The translations under genes were made by a program, and so were the position numbers. From Malacoraja senta (taxonomy: Eukaryota): a stretch of DNA of 64,000 bases. Below the pieces are notes generated by a model that made no database searches, was not told where the DNA came from, and was given only the letters and a program-made list of their open reading frames with translations. Below, in pieces: positions 53,501 to 62,500 of the stretch (position 1 is the first letter of the stretch; the number at the start of each line of letters is the position of its first letter). The stretch spans positions 746,001 to 810,000 of the forward strand of contig CM075992.1 in the NCBI GenBank assembly GCA_038087875.1, in the 5' to 3' direction.

Positions 53501-56500
53501 AATGTAAAATAATGTGTGTAGGGTAGTGTTAATGTGCGTGGATCGCTGGTCGGTGTGGACTCGGTGGCTCAAAGGGCTTGTTTCCGCGCTGTTTCTCTAA
53601 ACTAAACTAAACTAAAAAATGCTGGAGTAACTCAGCAGGACAGGCAGCATCTCTGGAGAGAAGGAATGGGCAAAGTAGGCATCTGCTGAGGATAGTTTGC
53701 AGTGGAGCAGTCAATACTAAACTGAATGGTTTGGTCTTCTTGGGATTCTGCACAATGGTATGGAATGTGAAGTGTTTGTTCCATTGTGCTTATTTACTAA
53801 TGCCCTGATGAAGGATTTGGACGCTCAGCTTCTCCCAATGTGATTCTATACAGTGAGAGTGAATAGGAAGGGTTTGGCCAATTGGGTTTCTATGCCGGTG
53901 TGAACTGACATTTTTGATAAATTGCATGCTAATCTCTTTTTCAGGTCCTCTCCCACTGCAAGGAGAAAAAGTAGTGGTCCACATCGGTCATCAGCTTCCT
54001 CCGGCGACTTCCCAAATACACCCGATGAGTTTGACAACAAACTTAGTAAGTTAATATTTGTCATTTTCAAAAAGCAATAAGCCTGGATTATATTCCGTGG
54101 GAGTGGGTAGAGACCTCATAACTCAGGAAAACATTTAATCAGAAATCAGTCTGAAGAACGGTCTTGGCCCGAAACGTCGCCTATTCCTTTTCTCCCTAGA
54201 TGCTGCCTCACCCGCTGAGTTTCTCCAGCATTTTTTGTCTACAATCAGAAGCAAGATACAAGATACAAGATATATTTATTTGTCACATGTGCCAGATGGC
54301 ACTGTAAAATGTGATCACCATACAGCCATACAATAAAATAAAGAACACAACACACGATAGTTCAACATAAAACATCCCCACACAGCAGAATCAAATGTTT
54401 CCCACTGTGAGGGAAGGCACCAAAGTCAGTCATCTTCCTCGATGTTCACCCGTGGTTGGAGCCTCCGCAGTCTCCGCTACGGGCAGCCCGCCGCTTAGGC
54501 CTGCTCGCCGGGATGTTGGCACTCCGACGTCGGGACTGGAGGCCAACCTCAGTGGCTTGGACCTCTAAAGCGGCCGCTTCCTTTGAAATGCCTTTGAAAA
54601 GGCTCTTTCACTGTGAAATCTAAATTCAGTATTTTAGATGCCTTGAACGCCACTGTTGGAAGCCACCACACTGTGTAAAACAACATTTTTTTTCGTTTTT
54701 GTTATAGTGTTTCATAATACAAGTGGAACGAAACTGGGCTCAAGCGATTCGGAAAGCACTGGAGCGAGTAGCGAATCCCGATCCCTTGATTCACCGATGT
54801 CTAGCCCAGGTAAATGCCAAAGAAAGATGCCATATAAAGCCAAGCAGCTCACACTGATTTATGAAATGGTAATGATGTCTGCAAATTTGTCTTGAGTTTT
54901 TGGGAACAGTTTAGGGCGGCACGGTGGCGCAGCGGGTAGAACTGCTGCCTTACAGCGCCAGAGACCCACGATACACTGCGGTACGATAGAACTTTATTTA
55001 TCCCAAGAGAGAAATTGATTTGCCAGCAGTCATAAAACACACAAGATCCATGAAACAACCTGGGTTCGATCCTGACTACGGGTGCTGTCTGTACGGAGTT
55101 TGCACGTTCTCCCCGTGACTGAATGGGTTTTCTCCGAGATCTTCAGTTCCCTCCCACATTCCAAAGACGTACAGGATTGTATGTTAATTGGCGTGGTATA
55201 AATGTAAAATTGTCCCTAGTGTGTGTAGGATAGTGTTAGTGTTTGAGGATCGCTGGTCAGCGCGGACTCGGTGGGCCGAAGGGCCTGTTTCCGCGTTGTA
55301 TCTCTAAACTAAACTAAAACTAAACTAAGATAAAGGCAAACCTTTGGGTGTTATGTACTTTGGTCTTCAGGAGGCCTTTGATAAGGTATCGCACAAAAGA
55401 TCATTAAACAAAATTGGAGCACATCAGATTGAAAGTAATTCATTGGTGTGGATTGGTTAATGGACAGGAAACAGCAGGAATACACGTGTCGCTGTGTAAA
55501 AAGGGACTGCAGATGCTGGCTTACACTGAATTTCTCTAACTTCTTTCTGTCCTGGGCCTCCTCCACTGTCAGCGTGAGGCTGCACGCAAATTGGAGGAAC
55601 AGCACTTCGTATTTTGTTTGGCAGCTTACACCCCAGTGGTATGAGTATTGATTTCCCTAACCCTTGCGTTCCCTCACTCTCCATCCCTCCCCCACCCTAG
55701 TCCTCTTGCTAATTTCACTATTTGTATTCCTTCATTATCACCTCATCCACAACCAACAACGGACCATTGTGGGCTCCACCTTTCCTGAGTCATCGGCACG
55801 GGTTCTGCTTTGTTCTGGACCTTCCCATTACCTCCAGTGTCCCCCTGTTGGTCAGAAGAAGGGTCTCGACCCAAAAAGTCATCTGCTCCTTCTCTCCAGA
55901 GAAGCTGCCTGTCCCACTGAGTTACTCCAGCATTTTGTGTCTGTCTACTCAAGAGCTGGTGGGAATGGGAAAACATGAAAAACAAGGATTTTTATGCTTA
56001 ATATTTCATGTTTTGTGTTTTCAGCTAATTTTGGAAGAAAATTACAAAAGCCCACAATGTCAGGGATGTCGCCAGACGATTTTGAAGAGAGAGATGGAAA
56101 CCAGCTGCAAGATAATGGTATGTTGCACAGGCTTAAATCTAGTTGGGAAATTACATTGGGATGGGACATCCCTCTAATGCTTAAATATGTAGTCTAAATA
56201 AAGACCTTTGTAGAAGTTGGGAGGTCATGTTGCAGTAGTTATATAAGACGTTGGTGAGGCCGCATTTAGAGTATTGTGTTCAGTTCTGGGCATCGTGTTA
56301 TAGGAGAAATGTTGTCAAGCTGGAAAGGGTGCGGAGAGGATTTACGAGGATGTTGCCAGGACTCGAGGGTCTGAGCTACAGAAAAAGGTTGAGTAGGCAA
56401 GGATTCTATTCGGTGCACAGGGAGATGAGGGGTGATCTGATAGAGGAGTGTATAATCATGAGAGGAATAGATCGGGTAGATGCACAGACACTCTTGCCCA

Positions 56501-59500
56501 GAGCAGGGGAATCGAGGACCAGAGGACATAGGTTTAAGGTGAGGGGGGAGAAAGATTTAATAGGAATCAAAGGGGTAATTTTTTCACGGTGGGTGTATGG
56601 AACAGGCTGCCAGAGGAGGTAGTTGAGGCTGGGACTATTGCAATGTTTAAGGAACCATTAGACAGATACATGGATAGGACAGGTTTGGAGGGATATGGAC
56701 CAAACGTGGGCAGGTGGGACTAGTGGAGCTGGGACATGTTGGCCGGTGTGGGCAAGTTGGGCTGAAGGGCCTGTTTCCACGCTGTGTGATTCTGAAATGG
56801 ACGAGATAGAGAATTGTAAAGGAAAGAGGAATGACATACAGTGGAAATGGAAATGGAGAGCAGAGATGATGGTCATGAGAAGAGAAATGCAACAAAAGGG
56901 CTACAAAATAAAAAGGGGAATAAAGAGAAATGATGGGAGATGAGTTGAACGGAGAAAATCTAGAATCAACTTTCTCAAAAAACTATTTTCAGATCTGGCT
57001 GACTTGATGAACGAGACGTTGAGAACACCAGCAACCTTCAAAAATATTTTGTTATCGAAAGCAGCACAGACACACAGATTTCGGAAACTTCGCGCCCCAA
57101 CCAAATGCCGAGAATGTGACAGCCTTATTGTGGTGAATGGCGCTGAGTGTGAGGAGGTGAGAAATAGAGCACAAAATACAAGGTCCAAGCAGATCTTAAT
57201 CATAATCATAATAGTAATTTATTAGCCAAGTATGTTTTGCAACACACGAGGAATTTGATTTGCCATACAGTCATACCAATAAAAAGCAACAGATAGAAGA
57301 ATGTCATTGTTCTATCTGGGACACGTGACAATAAAACGCTCACCACCCACTTCAAGTTGAATGGTATTCTTTGAGGATTTGTCCAATCTTGGAAGACCCT
57401 TAATCCTAAGTAAGACCTGGTGGTAATTTATCGTTTAGATTAACGATTCCAATTACACTCATTTGGTAGTTATGGGGTTCTATTCTTACACATTCACTTT
57501 CTTTTTCACTTTCTTTCTTTCTTGCTCTTTCTCGCTTTTTCTATTTCATCTTTGTTAAAATTTAAATGGAAGCTGTACAATAAATGTATTATGTCATATG
57601 CCGCGGTTTATACTTTTGTACACTGCTTCTAATAAAAATATAAATAAAAAAATAAAAAAAGATTAACAATTCCTTCCGGTTGTTTCCCCACCGCAGTGTT
57701 ACCTGGCCTGTCATAGAAAATGCCTGGAGTCCATTGCCATCTTGTGTGGTCACCGCAAGCTCCAGACTAGGATCGCTTTGTTTGGAGTTGACTTTGCACA
57801 TGCACCAAGGGAGACAGCTGATGAGGTGCCCTTCATCGTCCGAAACTGCACAGCTGAGATCGAGCGACGGGCTCTGAGTGTACAGGTTCGGACCCTGACG
57901 TTTTTTTGTTTAGGTTATTTTCGATCGTTTAGTTTAGAGATGGGTTACATTTTTTTTTTTTCCCAATTATTTCTACCGCTTGTTGTTGACATTTCAGGGA
58001 ATCTATCGGATGAATGGTTCAAAGATCCGCATCGCCAAACTGCGGCAGTCCTTCGAAAATGGCCGGGACCTCACCGACATGTCCGAGAACTCGCCCCACG
58101 ACATCACAAACCTCTTAACCCTCTACCTCCGAGAGGTGAGTTGCAGGACTGCACACCACTTCTGGACTTCCAGTCCGCTCCTTCACCAAGGAGGTGTTAA
58201 TACTTAATTCTAGTCACACCCCGTGGCCACAATAATTCACTGACCTGTGTGTGCTGTGTAAGTTGTGACAGCCTTTCTGCTGGGGTGGACCAGCTCATTG
58301 ATGTTCTAATTGTAAGATGGGGGATAAAGTGTGACCATACGTGTGCCACTCCTTGGCAGTGTAGTCCATGTTGCTGTTACAATTGGTGATACAATGACCC
58401 AGCCATGTACAATCAGTGATCGCAGCTAGTTAGATCTCGGGTACATATTTCGAGGAAAGTGTGAATCACTCAATATTATTTATTATCATATAGAATAAAA
58501 GAATCACCCTATTCCATTTTAATGTTTAGTTTAGAGATACAGCGCGGAAACAGGCCCTTCTGCCCACCGAGTCCGCACGACCAGCGATCCCCGCACATTA
58601 ACACTATCCTTTTTACATTCATACCAAGCCGATTAACCTACAAGCCAGTGTATCTTTGGAGTGTGGGAGTAAACCAAAGATCTTGGAGAAACCCATATGG
58701 TCACAGGGAGAATGTACAAACTCCGTACAGACAGCACCCGTAGTCAGCATCAAATCCGGGTCTCTGGCGCTGCAAGCGCTGTAAGGCAGTAATTCTATCG
58801 CTGCACCACCATGCCACCCTATTAATATCATAAAGAAATTGTCTCTTGCCAACAATCAGCCTATCGGGGAACCTCCTTGCCTAAGGTTTAAGAAGGAACT
58901 GCAGATGCTGGAAAAATCAAAGGTAGACAAAAATGCTGGAGAAACTCAGCGGGTGAGGCAGCATCTATGGAGCGAAGGAATAGGTGACATTTTGGGTTGA
59001 GACCCTTCTTCAGACTGAGGTGATCCTTGCCTAAGGTGATCTGTTGCCAGATTTGCCCTGTTTTTTTATTTCGCCTCCTGTTTCCCCCCCCCCTCTCTAC
59101 TACAATCAGTCTGAAGGGTCCCGACCCGAAATATCATCTTTCTATTTTCTCCAGAGGTGCTGCCTGACCCGCTGAGTTACACCAGCATTTTTTGTCTATC
59201 AACTGATTTCAGTATCATTTGACTCCCCAGTTCCTAGACTGTGGGGAGGGGGGAAGAGAGGGGCAGTGGTGGTGTCTGCTTTACAAACACTGCTATGAAA
59301 AGTGCAGGATTGGGATCAGGATACACAATGATCATTTTCTAACTGCTGCACCTGGTTATTTACTGACCATCTAGACCCAGAACAGCAATAGATTGTTGAT
59401 TAGTGCGGGTGTCAGGGGTTATGGGGAGAAGGCAGGATAATGGGTTTAGGAGGGAGAGATAGATCAGCCATGATTGAATGGTGGAGTAGACTTGATGGGC

Positions 59501-62500
59501 TGAATGGCCCAATTCTGCTACTATCACTTTTGGTCTTCACATTACATTCAGTCAAATAACTACACTACTGGTTTCATACCTCGTGGGTGGGTAGCACTAT
59601 GCAATCCTTCACTTCTCCTCTTATGGTTTTGAATATGCTTTTCTATTTTTTTATTTCTTAAAGCTTCCTGAGCCAATTGTGCTCTTCAGACTCTACGATG
59701 ACTTGATGAAGTTTGCCAAAGAGTTGCAACAGGCCTGTGATGAGCTGAAGGACAGTCAGTCCAAGGGAATACCAGTCGCCACTGACAAAGTATCACAACT
59801 GGTGCAGCAGGCTAAGGCCTTGTTGCACAACCTTCCAGCTTCCCACTACAACACTCTGGAGCACATCATAAGGCATCTCCACAGGTAGGCCTAAACCTGA
59901 CGTACATCTCCACAAGTATGGAATGATAGGAGGGAACTGCAGATGCTGGTTTAAACTGAAGGTAGACACAAAATGCTGGAGTAACTCAGCGGGACAGGCA
60001 GCATCTCTGGAGAGAAGGAATGGGTGACGATTCGGGCCGAGACCCTTCTTCAGACTGAAAATTGTTAGTGTGAATGGAGTGAAAAAAAATCAGATGCAAA
60101 TTATTCCAGCGCCACAATGGCAAATTTGTAATTCAGTAATTTCTTTCAGTTTTGATCAGTTTAGTTTATTGTCATGTGAACCGAGGTACGGTGAAAAGCT
60201 TTTGTTGCGTGCTAACCAGTCAGCGGGAAGACAATACATGATTACAATTGAGCCATTCACAGTGTACAGATACATGATAAGGGAATAACGTTTAGTGCAA
60301 GGTAAAGCCAGTAAAGTCCGATCAAAGATAGTCCAAGGGTCACCAATGAGCTAGATAGTAGTTCAGCACTGCTCTCTGGTTGTGGTAGGATGGTTCAGTT
60401 GTCTGATAAAAGCTGGGAAGAAACTGTCCCTGAATCTGGAGGTGTGCGTTTTCACACTTCTCTACCTTTCGCACAATGGGAGAGGGAAAGCTGCCACCAT
60501 AACATAGAAACATAGAAAATAGGTGCAGGAGTAGGCCATTCGGCCCTTCGAGCTGATCATCCAAAATCATTACCTTGTCCCTGCTTTCTCCCCATATCAC
60601 TTGATTCCGTTAGCTCTAACAGCTAAATCTAACTCTCTTGAAAACATCCAGTGAATCGGCCTCCACTGCCTTCTGTAGCAGATAATTCCACAGATTCACA
60701 ACTCTCTGGGTGAAAAAGTTTTTCTTCATCTCAGTCCTAAATGGCTGACCCCTTATTCTTAAACTGTGTGACCCCCGGTTCTGGACTCCCCCAACACCGG
60801 GAACATTTTTCCTGCATCTAGCCTGTCCAATCCCTGAAGAATGTCATATGATTGTATAAGATCCCCTCTCATCCTTCTAAATTCCAGTGAATATAAGCCC
60901 AGTCGACCCATTCTTTCATCGTATGTCTGTCCCACCATGCCGGGAATTAACTTGGTGAACCTACGCTGCATTCCCTCAATCGCAAGAATAACCTGTGCAA
61001 ACTACACAAAGATTCAACCTCACAGTATGCGACAAATGTCAGATGAGGTTGAGGTGATAAATACCGCCTTGCAAATATGTGAAAGAGTTTGTCATGCATG
61101 GGGCTGAGGGTTAAAAATGTGTTATTGTTTGGGCAGCGTCTATGGGCTTGGCTTTGATGTGTGCAGAGACACCCATGAAGACTGAAACCTTGCGTTTGTT
61201 GCAGCTCGTGGTGGCAATGAAGGGCATGTGGATCTTTATAGCTGCAAAGTAAATCTCTCTTCTTTGACAGAGTGGCGGAACGATGTGAGGAAAACAAGAT
61301 GTCATCGAATAACCTGGGAATAATCTTTGGCCCCACGCTCATCAGGCCTCAAGCTCAGGATGATGCTGTTTCAATGACGTCCCTGGTGAACTCAGGGTAT
61401 CAGGCCCAGGTGGTGGACTTCCTCATCATGCAGTCCAATCACATGTTTGAGCCCAAACAAGGTCCCAGTTCTTGGACTCCTGCAACGAGGAATTCCCCAA
61501 CGGAGCCGGGCGTGAACAGAGCAGGCGAGCCCCTGAGCTCGGCAAAAAGCAGGAGCCAATCCTCAGAGGTACAAACTTGTGTTTTAGTTTAGAAGATAGA
61601 CACAAAATGCTGGAGTAACTCTGCGGGACAGGCAGCATCTCTGCAGAGAAGCAATGGGTGAGGTTTCGGGTCGAGACCCTTCTTCAGACTGAGAGTCAGG
61701 GTGCTGTATGTACGGAGTTTGTACGTTCTCCCTGTTCTTAAACTGGGTTATCTCTGAGATCCTCGGTTACCTCCCACACTCCAAATTAACCAAGGTTAAT
61801 TGGCTTGGTGTATAATGCAAATTGTCCTTAGTGTGTGTAGGATAGTGTTAATGTGTGGGGATCGCTGGTTGCCGCGGACTCGGTGGGCCGAAGGGCCTGT
61901 TTCCGCTCTGTATCTTTAAACTAAACTCTAGAAACATGGGGAATGTGTGTATGGGGGTTTCACTGAGAAAACAGACTGTGTCCCCCACACACGTTGACTT
62001 GTGTCTCTTTTACTGCAGAGCCTGGTTCTGAAGAGGCATTCGAGTGAAGGCTACGTGTCAGACAAATCGTCATCAAACGAAGCCCTTGATGACACACATG
62101 ACCAGCGTAGGATTAGTTCCGACAGCGGTGACGTGGCATGTAAGTAACCTGGCCTGCAGTTTACACAGTTTAGTTTATTGTCACGTGTACCGAGGTACAG
62201 TGAAAAGCTTTTGTTGCACGCTACCCAGTCAGCGGTAAGACAATACACATACTTGATTACAGTGATTGCAATGTGGGGACTAAAAACGTTGCAAGGTTAC
62301 AAGCCGTTAATCCACCTCCTCTGCACGCACGAGGAGGGTGGCCGAGTGGCTGCAACTGGAATGGGGATGAATACCATGTAGAAATTCTGCTGGATGTGTA
62401 GCGTTTAGTCACAGAGATGAGAACAGCAGTACAGTGACGCAGCGGTAGAGTTGCTGCCTCACAGACAGACCTGGGTTCCATCCTGACTACAGGTGCTTGT

